In this document: one piece after another, positions 28,783 to 38,487 of the stretch
How positions within the stretch are numbered: position 1 is the first letter of the stretch
How the letters are laid out: each line of letters opens with the position of its first letter
Assembly (NCBI GenBank): GCA_020632415.1
Contig: JACKFO010000002.1
Coordinates: forward strand, 711,918-775,917
Reading direction: 5' to 3'
Length of the DNA stretch: 64,000 nt
DNA from: Candidatus Nomurabacteria bacterium
GTDB lineage: Bacteria; Patescibacteriota; Patescibacteriia; UBA1558; GWA2-36-10
The notes under the pieces: model-generated
Database searches by the model: none
Told to the model about the DNA's origin: nothing
What the model saw: the letters and a program-made list of their open reading frames with translations, nothing else
Made by a program: the position numbers and the translations under genes

Positions 28783-29718
28783 ATGTCTAAAAAAATACAA
28801 TCAGAAATTCGCAAAGACTATATTCAGGAAAAATACGTCATTATTGCCCCTAAGCGTGGTAAGCGACCACATGACACTATCAAGCCCAAGCAATATCATA
28901 AACCATTAGAGACTTGTGTTTTTTGTCCAGATAATTTAAAAAATACCAAAAGTTTGTACCAACAAGGAAAAGGGAATAACTGGAATATTAAAATAATTGC
29001 CAATAAATTTCCAGCTGTTTCTTTGGATAATCCCAAGGCCTACGGACAACAAGAAGTAGTAGTGGAAACTCCAGATCACACGAAAGAATTAGAGGATTTG
29101 TCAGTGACACACATTGCTAATTTATTAACTGCTTATCAAGAACGAACCAAGGCAATCTCTAAAAATAAAAAAATCGAATATATCTTGATTTTTAAAAATG
29201 ACGGCGGTGTTGCTGGCGCTAGTTTGCAACATTCTCACTCTCAGATTTTTGCTACTCAATTTTTACCACCGCATCTTTTTGATAAATCACAGCGTCAGCA
29301 AGCCTATAAATTAGAGCATGGTAATTGTGTTTATTGTGACGTGATCGCTAAAGAATCAAAAAACAAACGTTTGGTTTACAAAGATAAACATATTATTGCT
29401 TTTACACCTTATGCTTCAACTTTTAATTATGAGATTTGGATCATGCCCTTAAAGCACCGTGATAATATTACCGAGCTCACTGCCCCAGAAAAGACAGCCT
29501 GGGCAAAAATATTGAAACACATTCTTACGAAGATTAGCTTATTAGATTTACCGTATAATTTTTATTTTCATCAAGTAATCAATGACAATGACCAGCATTT
29601 ATACATGAAGGTTGTGCCTCGTGGTTCAGTTTGGGCCGGTGTTGAAATCGGATCTGGTTTGATTATTAATCCTATTTTACCAGAAGATGCAGCTGAGTTT
29701 TATCGTCAAGGTTTGTAG
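28783..29718 (+). CDS. GalT-like HIT-superfamily hexose-1-phosphate (or NDP-sugar) uridylyl/nucleotidyltransferase
   Basis: Zn-site CVFCPDN and active-site LQHSHSQIF (HxHxQ). Confidence 0.6.
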   Translation: MSKKIQSEIRKDYIQEKYVIIAPKRGKRPHDTIKPKQYHKPLETCVFCPDNLKNTKSLYQQGKGNNWNIKIIANKFPAVSLDNPKAYGQQEVVVETPDHTKELEDLSVTHIANLLTAYQERTKAISKNKKIEYILIFKNDGGVAGASLQHSHSQIFATQFLPPHLFDKSQRQQAYKLEHGNCVYCDVIAKESKNKRLVYKDKHIIAFTPYASTFNYEIWIMPLKHRDNITELTAPEKTAWAKILKHILTKISLLDLPYNFYFHQVINDNDQHLYMKVVPRGSVWAGVEIGSGLIINPILPEDAAEFYRQGL

Positions 29719-29736
29719 ATAAATTAAAATAATTTT

Positions 29737-30372
29737 ATGTTTAAAAAAATTGCATTTTATAACGCATTTGCACTCATAAATTTTATACTTTATGTGATTT
29801 ATTTTTCTGCTGGTTACAAAGGGCAAGCTTTAGAAATTTATTCTTATGTTGCGTTGGCAATTGGCGCTGTGTCTCTAGGCATCATATTTATTTTGGCTAG
29901 AAATTTTAGTCTGCTATCTTTTAAAAAAAAGATTTTATTAATAATATTTAATATATTAGCATATTTTCCTTTTATGTTTTTTGTATCTCATGTGTATGAC
30001 AGGATTGTCGGCCTAGAATCAATGACTTCAGATGAATCTGGCTTTGCTCTGCTTAGTACTTATTTTATAATAACAATGATCGCAGGAGCAACAACGGCTC
30101 TTTTTAATATTATTAGCATTATGAGAAACGATCAAATTAAATTTTTAACCGTTGTTGTTTTAGTAGTAATACCCATTGTGTTTGCGGCGTTGTATTATGG
30201 GTATGCGTATTTAGCAAGCGTTATTTTTAGTCAACAATATACTGCTTCTGCCTTTTTTATGATATTTTGTGTACCATTTATATCTGGAATTATCTTTGGA
30301 TTTATCGCTAGCTTTGTTTTAACTTGGTGTATATCACTATTAGTTAAGCTCGGAAGATATGTAGCTAAATAA
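29737..30372 (+). CDS. Hypothetical polytopic membrane protein
   Basis: ORF with 5-6 predicted TM helices. Confidence 0.4.
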   Translation: MFKKIAFYNAFALINFILYVIYFSAGYKGQALEIYSYVALAIGAVSLGIIFILARNFSLLSFKKKILLIIFNILAYFPFMFFVSHVYDRIVGLESMTSDESGFALLSTYFIITMIAGATTALFNIISIMRNDQIKFLTVVVLVVIPIVFAALYYGYAYLASVIFSQQYTASAFFMIFCVPFISGIIFGFIASFVLTWCISLLVKLGRYVAK

Positions 30373-30409
30373 AAAAACACCCTTTTAAAGTGGCGTTTTT
30401 TTATTTGAA

Positions 30410-31624
30410 TTATTTTATCTTAGCAAATTTTCTTTTACCGGCTTGAATGATATCATTAGGCTTGAGATTCAAGTCTTTTTCCCAGGACGAAACTTTTTCT
30501 TTGTTTAGTTTCATGCCATTGCCTTCGATTAAACGCCGAGCTTCATTTTTAGAATTAACAAATTTTAAAGTTATTAATAAATCAACTGGATTTATCTTTT
30601 TGTTTGTTAAATTAAATTCTTGAATTTGATCAGGATTTTTTTTGTTTTTAAAAATTTGTTCAAAATTTTCTCCAGCCTGTTTTGCCTGTTTTACTGAATA
30701 GTAAATAGAAACTATTTCTGTAGCTAGTCTAAATTTTAAATCACGTGGGTTTGTATCTTTTTCTAATTCTTTTTTTATTTCTTTTAATTCTCGATCATCT
30801 ATTTTTGTGCAAAGTTCAAATCCTGGTAAAATCATACCATCAGTCCAGGACATTACTTTGCCAAACATTTCATTTGCTGAATCAGAAAAGCTTAACATAT
30901 TGCCTTCTGATTTACCCATTTTTAGACCAGAGCTGTCAGTCAAAAGTTTCATGGTCAAGACAAATTTTTCTTGATTTAACAATTGCTTCATTAGAGTTCT
31001 GCCAGCCAGCATGTTAAAAGTTTGATCATTGCCACCGATTTCCCCATCTACTTTTAGCATTACTGAGTCATAAGCTTGCATCACAGGATACATTAGTTCG
31101 TGTAAGCTAATTGGCTTTTCTTCTTTAAGACGTTTTTGGAACATATCTCTTTCCAAAAGTTGTTGAGTAGTAAATTTTGATGACAAGTCTAAAATCTCAG
31201 CGAACTTCATTTTAGCAAACCATTTGCTGTTATAGCGGTACTCAGCTTTGTTTGAGCCGGTGAATTTGATAAATTTAGCCGCTTGGTTTTTATAGTCTTT
31301 AGCATTTTTTAAAACCTGCTGGCGAGTCAGTGGTTTGCGTGTGGCGTTTTTATCAGTCGGATCGCCAATTGTTGCTGTGAAATCACCGATTAAAATAATT
31401 ATTTTATGACCCAGTTCTTGCCATTGACGCAATTTTTCTAGTTCAATAGCATGTCCTAAATGTAGGCTTGGTCCGGTTGGGTCGATGCCATAGTAGATGC
31501 TTAGTTGTTTTCCAGATTTTAGTTGTTTTTCAAGGAAATCTCTTTTAGGGTAGATATTTTCTATTCCTCTTGACAAAAAGTGTTGAATTTTGTCTGAATC
31601 TGTATTAATCTTAGGCATAAACAA
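30410..31624 (-). CDS. tyrS: Tyrosine--tRNA ligase
   Basis: HIGH-motif region PTGPSLHLGHA, KMSKS-like KMGKSEGN and a C-terminal S4 domain. Confidence 0.9.
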   Translation of the reverse strand: MFMPKINTDSDKIQHFLSRGIENIYPKRDFLEKQLKSGKQLSIYYGIDPTGPSLHLGHAIELEKLRQWQELGHKIIILIGDFTATIGDPTDKNATRKPLTRQQVLKNAKDYKNQAAKFIKFTGSNKAEYRYNSKWFAKMKFAEILDLSSKFTTQQLLERDMFQKRLKEEKPISLHELMYPVMQAYDSVMLKVDGEIGGNDQTFNMLAGRTLMKQLLNQEKFVLTMKLLTDSSGLKMGKSEGNMLSFSDSANEMFGKVMSWTDGMILPGFELCTKIDDRELKEIKKELEKDTNPRDLKFRLATEIVSIYYSVKQAKQAGENFEQIFKNKKNPDQIQEFNLTNKKINPVDLLITLKFVNSKNEARRLIEGNGMKLNKEKVSSWEKDLNLKPNDIIQAGKRKFAKIK

Positions 31625-31667
31625 TAAATTTCTAATTTCTTATATTCAAATTATAGCGTATTTTTGC

Positions 31668-31673
31668 TATAAT
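31668..31673 (+). promoter_or_regulatory. -10 box TATAAT nine nt upstream of the PBP1A ATG (leaderless-type)
   Basis: tttttgcTATAATtcaaatactATG. Confidence 0.4.
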
Positions 31674-31682
31674 TCAAATACT

Positions 31683-34625
31683 ATGTCTACAAACTTTTCT
31701 CGTCGCAAAATCAATGAAAATTCGAGTTTTCAAAGACACAAAATTAGCGACATCAAACCAATAAAGATTTTGGTCAAAAAACCAAAATTTAAAAAAGAAA
31801 AAATCCAAGCTTTTTGGAAATTTTTTTCTTCTCGAAAAACAAATAGTGACCCCAAGGACTTTTGGCTCAAGAGATTGTTTAAGCGTTTTTGGCGCCAAGC
31901 TTTAGCATTATTTTTTATTGGTGGTATTTTTTTTGTTGGTTTGGTCGCTTGGTATTCAAAAGACTTACCAGATCCTTATAAAATCATGGATAGGTCAGTG
32001 CCATTGAGCACTAAAATTTATGACCGGACAGGAGAAGTTTTATTGTATGAAATTCATGGCCCAGAAAAAAGGACCTTGGTTAATTTAGAAGACATTCCAG
32101 ATTATGTAGTCAATGCTACGATCGCTGTAGAAGATAAAAATTTTTATAACCACGGAGGAGTTTCTATCTGGGGAATTTTGCGTGGGCAAATTGTTCCTCG
32201 TTTACAAGGCAAAAGATCACAAGGTGGTTCGACTTTGACTCAGCAGTTTGTCAAAAATGCTATTTTGACTAACGAGCGCGCTTTGTCTCGTAAGATTAAA
32301 GAATGGATCTTGTCTTTTCGTTTGGAACAAAAATTTACTAAGCAAGAAATTTTACAATTATATTTCAATGAAATTCCTTATGGTAGCTCTGCCTATGGAA
32401 TCGAATCAGCGGCTAATTATTATTTTGATAAATCAGCCAAAGATTTGACTTTAGCCGAAGCTGCGGTACTTGCTGCTTTGCCGCAAGCCCCTTCTTACTA
32501 CTCTCCTTATGGTTCTAATCTGGATGGTTTAATAGCCAGACAAAATGTCATCTTGGATTTGATGTTTGAACAGGGTTATATTACCGAGCTCGAGGCTGAA
32601 AACGCTAAGAGCGAGGAGTTAACTTTTAAAAAACGACAAGAAAATATTAAGGCGCCACATTTTGTGATGTATATCAGGCAGTTGTTGGCAGAAAAATATG
32701 GCGAAGCAGTTATTGAGCAGAGTGGTTGGAAAATCATCACTACTTTGGATTGGGATAAACAACAAAAAGCAGAAGAAATAATTTTGGAAGCAGCACCAGC
32801 TAATCAAGAAAGGTTTAATGCATCTAACGCCGCTGCTGTTGCCTTGGATACTCAAAATAGTGAAGTCTTGGTCATGGTCGGTTCGGCAGATTATTTTAAT
32901 GATGATATTGATGGCCAAGTAAACGTTGCTTTGGCGGAGCGTCAGCCAGGTAGTTCACTTAAGCCTTTGACTTATCTGACAGCTTTTAATCAAGGCTATC
33001 GACCAGAAACAATTTTGTTTGACTTGAGCACTAACTTTGCTGCTTCAGGACAAGCTTATCAGCCAAAAAATTATGACTTAGGGGAGCGCGGACCAATTAG
33101 CATGCGTCAGGCTTTAGCGGGTTCTTTAAATATTCCAGCAGTTAAGACTTTGTATTTAGCTGGGGTTTATAATGTTTTAGATTTAGCTGATGGTTTTGGC
33201 TATACAACCTTAAAAGATCGTGACCGTTATGGATTATCTTTGGTTTTGGGCGGTGGCGAAGTAAAGCTTTTGGATCACACCAATGCCTATGCTAGTTTTG
33301 CTCGCGAGGGTGTCTACAAAGAAGTAATGCCAATTTTAAGAATCGAAGATTCTAAGGGCAAAGAAATTGAAAATAATGAAAATAACAAAGGCCGCCGAGT
33401 TTTAGAAAAAGAGCCGGTTAGATTGCTAAACAATGTTTTGTCAGATAATGCTGCTCGTTCTTATGTTTTTGGTGAGAGCAATTATCTTACTCTGCCAGAT
33501 AGGTCAGTTGCTGCTAAAACCGGCACGACCAACGACTATCGCGATGCTTGGACCATGGGCTATACACCACAGGTTGCTTTGGGCGTTTGGGCTGGCAATA
33601 ATGACAACAGTGAAATGTCCGGTGCTGCTGGTGGCTCGGCAGTCGCTGCGCCGATTTGGAATAAAATCATGAGAGACTTGGTTAAGGATTTGCCTGTTGA
33701 GTCTTTTAAAACAACAGAATTAGAGCCCTGTACCAAGCCAATGGTTTGTGGTTCTTTGGGCGCAGAACAAATTGTAAAGATTGACAAAATGTCAGGTAAG
33801 TTAGCCACTGAGTACACGCCATATACTCAGATTGAAGAAAAGAAATTTTTACAAGTTCATAATATTTTACAATATGTAAATACTAATGATCCTTTGGGCG
33901 ATCCTTTGGCTGATCCGAATAATGATCCGCAGTATGCACTTTGGGAAGGGCCAGTTCGAGCTTGGGCGGAAAAAGAGGGTTATACCAATGATTTGGTGCC
34001 GACGGAATTTGACGATGTGCATTTAGCAAATTTACGACCAAGTATAAACTTTGTCTACCCACAAAGCAATCAGACAATCAGGGATAATAATTTTACTTTA
34101 CAAGTCCAAACTTCGGCACCACGGGGTGTACGTAGAGTGGAGTATTTTATTGACGGACAGAAGATTGGTCAAAGCACCAACGAGCCATTTTCTTTTTCTT
34201 ATCAAGTTAATCCTTTGTTAAATAACGGACGTCATGAGCTCAAAGCAATTGCCTTTGATGATCTTGATAACTTTCAAGAAAGCAAAATAAATTTTGATTT
34301 GCAAAGTGATCGTTCTTCTAGTAATTTTAATGTGATTTGGTTGAATCCGGAAAATGGTCAAAATTTAAATCTAAATAATTTACCATTAGAAACGAGATTA
34401 GCGATTACTAATCCAGGTAATATCAAAAAAATAGATTTTTATTATCTTGATCCAGCAGACTCTTCTAATTGGTTTGGTTTTTTAGAATACCCAGGAGAAA
34501 GTGTAGCGGTTAATTGGGGAAGCAATGTCTCTCAGCCCGGTGTTTATAAATTGTATTTAGTAATTAACGATATTTATAATAACGTGATTACTTCTCCTCC
34601 AGTGATTGTCAATATTAATCAATAA
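31683..34625 (+). CDS. Penicillin-binding protein 1A (bifunctional GT51 transglycosylase / transpeptidase) with a roughly 290-aa C-terminal extension
   Basis: GT51 motif EDKNFYNHGGV and TP motif SSLKP. The start was moved from the ORF-track 31590 (which overlaps tyrS) to the ATG at 31683. Confidence 0.85.
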   Translation: MSTNFSRRKINENSSFQRHKISDIKPIKILVKKPKFKKEKIQAFWKFFSSRKTNSDPKDFWLKRLFKRFWRQALALFFIGGIFFVGLVAWYSKDLPDPYKIMDRSVPLSTKIYDRTGEVLLYEIHGPEKRTLVNLEDIPDYVVNATIAVEDKNFYNHGGVSIWGILRGQIVPRLQGKRSQGGSTLTQQFVKNAILTNERALSRKIKEWILSFRLEQKFTKQEILQLYFNEIPYGSSAYGIESAANYYFDKSAKDLTLAEAAVLAALPQAPSYYSPYGSNLDGLIARQNVILDLMFEQGYITELEAENAKSEELTFKKRQENIKAPHFVMYIRQLLAEKYGEAVIEQSGWKIITTLDWDKQQKAEEIILEAAPANQERFNASNAAAVALDTQNSEVLVMVGSADYFNDDIDGQVNVALAERQPGSSLKPLTYLTAFNQGYRPETILFDLSTNFAASGQAYQPKNYDLGERGPISMRQALAGSLNIPAVKTLYLAGVYNVLDLADGFGYTTLKDRDRYGLSLVLGGGEVKLLDHTNAYASFAREGVYKEVMPILRIEDSKGKEIENNENNKGRRVLEKEPVRLLNNVLSDNAARSYVFGESNYLTLPDRSVAAKTGTTNDYRDAWTMGYTPQVALGVWAGNNDNSEMSGAAGGSAVAAPIWNKIMRDLVKDLPVESFKTTELEPCTKPMVCGSLGAEQIVKIDKMSGKLATEYTPYTQIEEKKFLQVHNILQYVNTNDPLGDPLADPNNDPQYALWEGPVRAWAEKEGYTNDLVPTEFDDVHLANLRPSINFVYPQSNQTIRDNNFTLQVQTSAPRGVRRVEYFIDGQKIGQSTNEPFSFSYQVNPLLNNGRHELKAIAFDDLDNFQESKINFDLQSDRSSSNFNVIWLNPENGQNLNLNNLPLETRLAITNPGNIKKIDFYYLDPADSSNWFGFLEYPGESVAVNWGSNVSQPGVYKLYLVINDIYNNVITSPPVIVNINQ

Positions 34626-34684
34626 AAAAACACCCCGCGCCTCTCTCGCTTTTTGCTGAGAATGATGATAGGGGTGTTTTTTAA
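34624..34684. terminator. Bidirectional terminator (long-loop hairpin acacccc...ggggtgt flanked by A- and T-runs)
   Basis: aaaaaaacaccccgcgcc...ataggggtgtttttt. Confidence 0.45.
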
Positions 34685-34932
34685 TAGCCTTCGTGAGCGT
34701 GTAGCCTAGCTGATTGCTCTTGATCTAAGTTTTTGGCTTCCAGATAGCCGTAGTTTAAGAGATTAAGGATGATTAATAATAAACCTAAAATTGCCGTGAT
34801 AATAATTAGCCAATTTGGCATGCTAACTGCAAATAATTTGAAGAGGGCACAAAATGAAAGTGCCAAAAGAAAGAAGCCGATAAAAATATTGAAATGTATT
34901 GGGCAAGAACAGCGTTTTTGCATAGTATCCAC
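34681..34932 (-). CDS. Hypothetical small membrane protein
   Basis: ORF with two TM helices. Confidence 0.3.
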   Translation of the reverse strand: MDTMQKRCSCPIHFNIFIGFFLLALSFCALFKLFAVSMPNWLIIITAILGLLLIILNLLNYGYLEAKNLDQEQSARLHAHEGY

Positions 34933-35048
34933 CTCCTTTCCTAGTTTGATTAAACTTAATTTTATTGTAGTTTTTTTTAGGAATTTTGTAAAATAGGGAT
35001 TTTAAAGAGAATTGATTTTTAAGGATTTTTTTGTTAAGATAGCTACTT

Positions 35049-37019
35049 ATGGATTTTCAATTAGTTTCAAAATTTAAACCAGCCGGTGACCAAGAACAGG
35101 CAATTAAAAAGCTCTATCAGGGCTTAAAAAATGGTCATCAGGCTCAGACTTTATTAGGGGTTACTGGTTCTGGTAAAACTTTTACGGCTGCAAATTTAAT
35201 TGCGCAAGTAAATAAGCCGACTTTGGTGATCTCGCACAATAAAACTTTGGCTGCGCAACTTGCTTCAGAATTTCAAGATTTTTTTCCGCATAATGCTGTG
35301 CACTATTTTGTTTCTTATTATGATTATTATCAACCAGAGGCTTATCTGCCAGCTTCGGACACTTATATTGAAAAAGAAACACAGATCAACGAAGAGATTG
35401 ATCGTTTGCGTCACGTTTCCACTCAAAGTTTACTTACTCGTTCTGATGTTTTGATCGTTGCTTCTGTTTCTTGCATTTATAACTTAGGTAGTCCAACAGA
35501 GTATCAGAATTATAAATTAGAATTAAAAGTTAATAATATTTATAATCGTCCGCAAATCTTAAAGCAACTAAATGATTTGCAATATCAACGTAATGATTTA
35601 AATCTAGTTCGTGGCACTTATGCAGTACGTGGTGAAATAGTAGAGATATTTGCTTCTGGACAAGAGGATCAATTTTATCGTTTAGTTTTTTTTGGTGATC
35701 ATTTAGAGATGATTGAATTAGTTGATTTATTAAATAAAAAAGTTCAAGAAAAATTAACGGAAATAGAAATTTATCCAGCAAAGCATTTCATGACCAACAA
35801 AGAGGATTTACTTGAAATAATCAAAGAAATTCGTCGGGACTTAAAAAAGGAGGTAGCTGCTTTTGAAAAACAAGGAAATTTAGTTGAGGCACAAAGACTT
35901 GATACTAGAGTTCGTCATGATTTAGAAATGATTTCAGAAACAGGGTATTGTAATGGCATTGAAAATTATTCCCGTTATTTTTCTAAAAGAAAAATTGGTG
36001 ATCCGCCAATTAGTTTGCTGGAGTATTTTCCAGATGATTTTTTAGTTTTTATCGATGAGTCACACATGACCATTCCACAGATCAGAGGAATGTACGCTGG
36101 TGATCGTGCTCGCAAAGAGAATTTAGTTAGATTTGGGTTTAGACTTAGCGCCGCTTTTGATAATAGGCCCTTGAAGTTTGCAGAATTTTCAAAGTATTTA
36201 AAAAAAGTCATCTACGTTTCAGCAACACCAGCTGATTATGAGTTTGAAAATTCTCAAGATGTAGTAGAGCAATTGATTCGTCCAACTTTTATTCTCGATC
36301 CAAAGATTGAGATTAGAAGCAGCGCTGGACAGCTAGACGATTTGAGTCAAGAAATTGTCAAAACCGTAGCCAAAAAACAAAGAGTTTTAGCAACAGTTTT
36401 GACTAAGCGTTTAGCAGAAGATTTGGCTGAGCTTTTGCAAGAACGAGGAATCAAAGTTCAGTATTTGCACTCAGAAGTAAAAACTTTGGATCGAATTCAA
36501 ATTTTACAAGATTTAAGAAGCGGTAAATATGATGTTTTGGTGGGGGTAAATTTATTAAGAGAAGGTTTAGATTTGCCGGAAGTCTCTCTAGTTGCTATTT
36601 TGGATGCTGACAAAGAGGGCTTTTTGCGCTCCAAATCAGCCTTTATTCAGCTAATGGGCCGTGCTGCTCGTCATCAAGATGGTAGGGTGATTATGTATGC
36701 TGATAAGACTACAGGCTCGATGAGTGAGGCGATCAAAGAAACTACTCGTCGTCGTAAAGCTCAAGAAAAATATAACCAAGAACACAAAGTTTCCCCGCTC
36801 TCAATTCAAAAAGACCTCAAAGAAAAAAGTCTAAAAGAGCTTGATCGTCAAAAGACTTTTGCTGAGCAGATTAAAGATTTTGATCAAAAAACTTTAAAAC
36901 TTTTAGAAAAAGAATTAAATCAAAAGATGAATTTGGCTGCCGAGAATTGGCAGTTTGAACAAGCGATACTTTATCGTGATCAATTAGCAGAAATTAGTAA
37001 ACAAAAAAATCGTGATTAA
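35049..37019 (+). CDS. uvrB: Excinuclease ABC subunit B
   Basis: Walker A GVTGSGKTFT, helicase motifs and a C-terminal UvrB-UvrC interaction region. Confidence 0.95.
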   Translation: MDFQLVSKFKPAGDQEQAIKKLYQGLKNGHQAQTLLGVTGSGKTFTAANLIAQVNKPTLVISHNKTLAAQLASEFQDFFPHNAVHYFVSYYDYYQPEAYLPASDTYIEKETQINEEIDRLRHVSTQSLLTRSDVLIVASVSCIYNLGSPTEYQNYKLELKVNNIYNRPQILKQLNDLQYQRNDLNLVRGTYAVRGEIVEIFASGQEDQFYRLVFFGDHLEMIELVDLLNKKVQEKLTEIEIYPAKHFMTNKEDLLEIIKEIRRDLKKEVAAFEKQGNLVEAQRLDTRVRHDLEMISETGYCNGIENYSRYFSKRKIGDPPISLLEYFPDDFLVFIDESHMTIPQIRGMYAGDRARKENLVRFGFRLSAAFDNRPLKFAEFSKYLKKVIYVSATPADYEFENSQDVVEQLIRPTFILDPKIEIRSSAGQLDDLSQEIVKTVAKKQRVLATVLTKRLAEDLAELLQERGIKVQYLHSEVKTLDRIQILQDLRSGKYDVLVGVNLLREGLDLPEVSLVAILDADKEGFLRSKSAFIQLMGRAARHQDGRVIMYADKTTGSMSEAIKETTRRRKAQEKYNQEHKVSPLSIQKDLKEKSLKELDRQKTFAEQIKDFDQKTLKLLEKELNQKMNLAAENWQFEQAILYRDQLAEISKQKNRD

Positions 37020-37770
37020 AAAATTAAGCTCAGAAAAAATAGCTAATATTTTAAATGATCCTCAAGCTGGGTTTTATCTTGTCGACAAAGAAAAAGATGT
37101 TAATTCTTTTCGGGCTGTTTCGACTTTTAGAAAGATTTTGAATCAGCAGAGCATTGGTTTTTCCGGGACTTTAGATCCTCTTGCCTCTGGATTATTGATC
37201 CTTGCTTCCGGCAAAGCAACGAAATTATTAGACGCCTTTCATCTTTTGCCAAAGACTTATCAGGCAGAAATTTTATTTGGCTATACTTCGGATACTTATG
37301 ACTTAGAAGGAGACTTGATAAAAAATAAAAAATCTTCTGAATTTTCAAAAGTTGAATTAGAGCAAGCTTTAAAATTTTTTTTAGGAAAAAGTTTACAAAC
37401 TGTACCAGCTTTTTCTGCAGTCAAGGTTAATGGTCAGAAGTTATACAAGCTGGCACGTCAAAAGAAAGAAATAGATTTACCGCAAAAGCCTATCGAGATA
37501 TTTTCTTTAAAAATAAAAAACTTTGCTTATCCAAAATTATTTCTGGAAGCAAAAGTTTCGGCTGGCACTTATATTCGTAGTTTAGTTTCTGATCTGGGAG
37601 AAAATTTAAAGACGGGAGCAGTTTTGACAGATTTAAGAAGAACAGCGATTGGTGAATTTTCCATTGAAAAAGCCCTGCCTTTAGCAGAGCTCAAACAAAG
37701 TAATTTAAAAAATTGCGCTTTGGATTTAGCAGAGACTACACGGTATCTAAATCAACTTCTTGACCAGTAA
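37012..37770 (+). CDS. truB: tRNA pseudouridine(55) synthase
   Basis: GFYLVDKEKDVNS and GTLDPLASGLLIL. Confidence 0.85.
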   Translation: MIKKLSSEKIANILNDPQAGFYLVDKEKDVNSFRAVSTFRKILNQQSIGFSGTLDPLASGLLILASGKATKLLDAFHLLPKTYQAEILFGYTSDTYDLEGDLIKNKKSSEFSKVELEQALKFFLGKSLQTVPAFSAVKVNGQKLYKLARQKKEIDLPQKPIEIFSLKIKNFAYPKLFLEAKVSAGTYIRSLVSDLGENLKTGAVLTDLRRTAIGEFSIEKALPLAELKQSNLKNCALDLAETTRYLNQLLDQ

Positions 37771-37981
37771 CTTCTTTGGTAAATCTCTCGACATAAAGAT
37801 CAGAAAAATCAGTTTGTCGCATTTTACGACAGAAATCACTCATTAGCATTTGATGATCGCCCATTTTCCCTATTTTATCTTGGTATTTTTCGTTAAATTT
37901 TTTAGTGGAAGACATAGCATCATAGGATCGATAAAGTTTCTTAATTATCTGCATTTGTTCTTCTCGAGAAATGTCGTACAT
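37736..37981 (-). CDS. Hypothetical small protein
   Basis: AT-rich ORF whose 3' end overlaps truB on the opposite strand. No SD. Confidence 0.2.
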   Translation of the reverse strand: MYDISREEQMQIIKKLYRSYDAMSSTKKFNEKYQDKIGKMGDHQMLMSDFCRKMRQTDFSDLYVERFTKEVTGQEVDLDTV

Positions 37982-38123
37982 ATTTCTTTATTTTTAGTTA
38001 ATTTTAGCCAAAATTTATTCTTGACAGTTAAGGTTCTTTATGTTAATATAAGCCTACTTTTTCCCAAGACTTTTGGGGATAGATAAAATCTGACACTTAT
38101 TATTTTAAACGAAATCATAGATT

Positions 38124-38429
38124 ATGCCAAATAAGAAAGCTGCAATTAAGTATTTGCGTCAAAGCGTAAAACGCCAGACAGCTAATAACTTGATGAAACG
38201 CAAAATCAAAGAACTTGTCAAACAAGGCAAAAAAGCCGTTGTTGATGGTACTATTGAAACTAAAGCTAAGGAATTAGCTCACGATTTACAAAAAGCTGTT
38301 GATAAAGCGGTTAATTCTGGTGTGCTAAAAGCTAATACTGCTAATCGTCGAAAATCGCGTTTTATGGCGATGATTCAAAAAACAGAAAAAGCTCCAGCTG
38401 CAGAAAAAACTGAAAAGAAGACAGAATAA
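38124..38429 (+). CDS. rpsT: 30S ribosomal protein S20
   Basis: MPNKKAAIKYLRQSVKRQTANNLMKRKIK. Confidence 0.85.
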   Translation: MPNKKAAIKYLRQSVKRQTANNLMKRKIKELVKQGKKAVVDGTIETKAKELAHDLQKAVDKAVNSGVLKANTANRRKSRFMAMIQKTEKAPAAEKTEKKTE

Positions 38430-38487
38430 TTTTTTTAAATTTTATTTTAATAAAACCTCGTTTTTGAATATAATCAAGAGCGAGGTT

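Noticed and set aside
30376-30405. Possible terminator between the membrane-protein gene and tyrS
   Set aside because: There are only A/T runs with no convincing stem (aacaccc against gtggcgtt do not pair), so it is not reported as a feature.
31590-31682. Upstream extension of the PBP1A ORF
   Set aside because: It overlaps the tyrS N-terminus on the other strand. TATAAT at 31668-31673 plus the ATG at 31683 fits the recurrent leaderless pattern.
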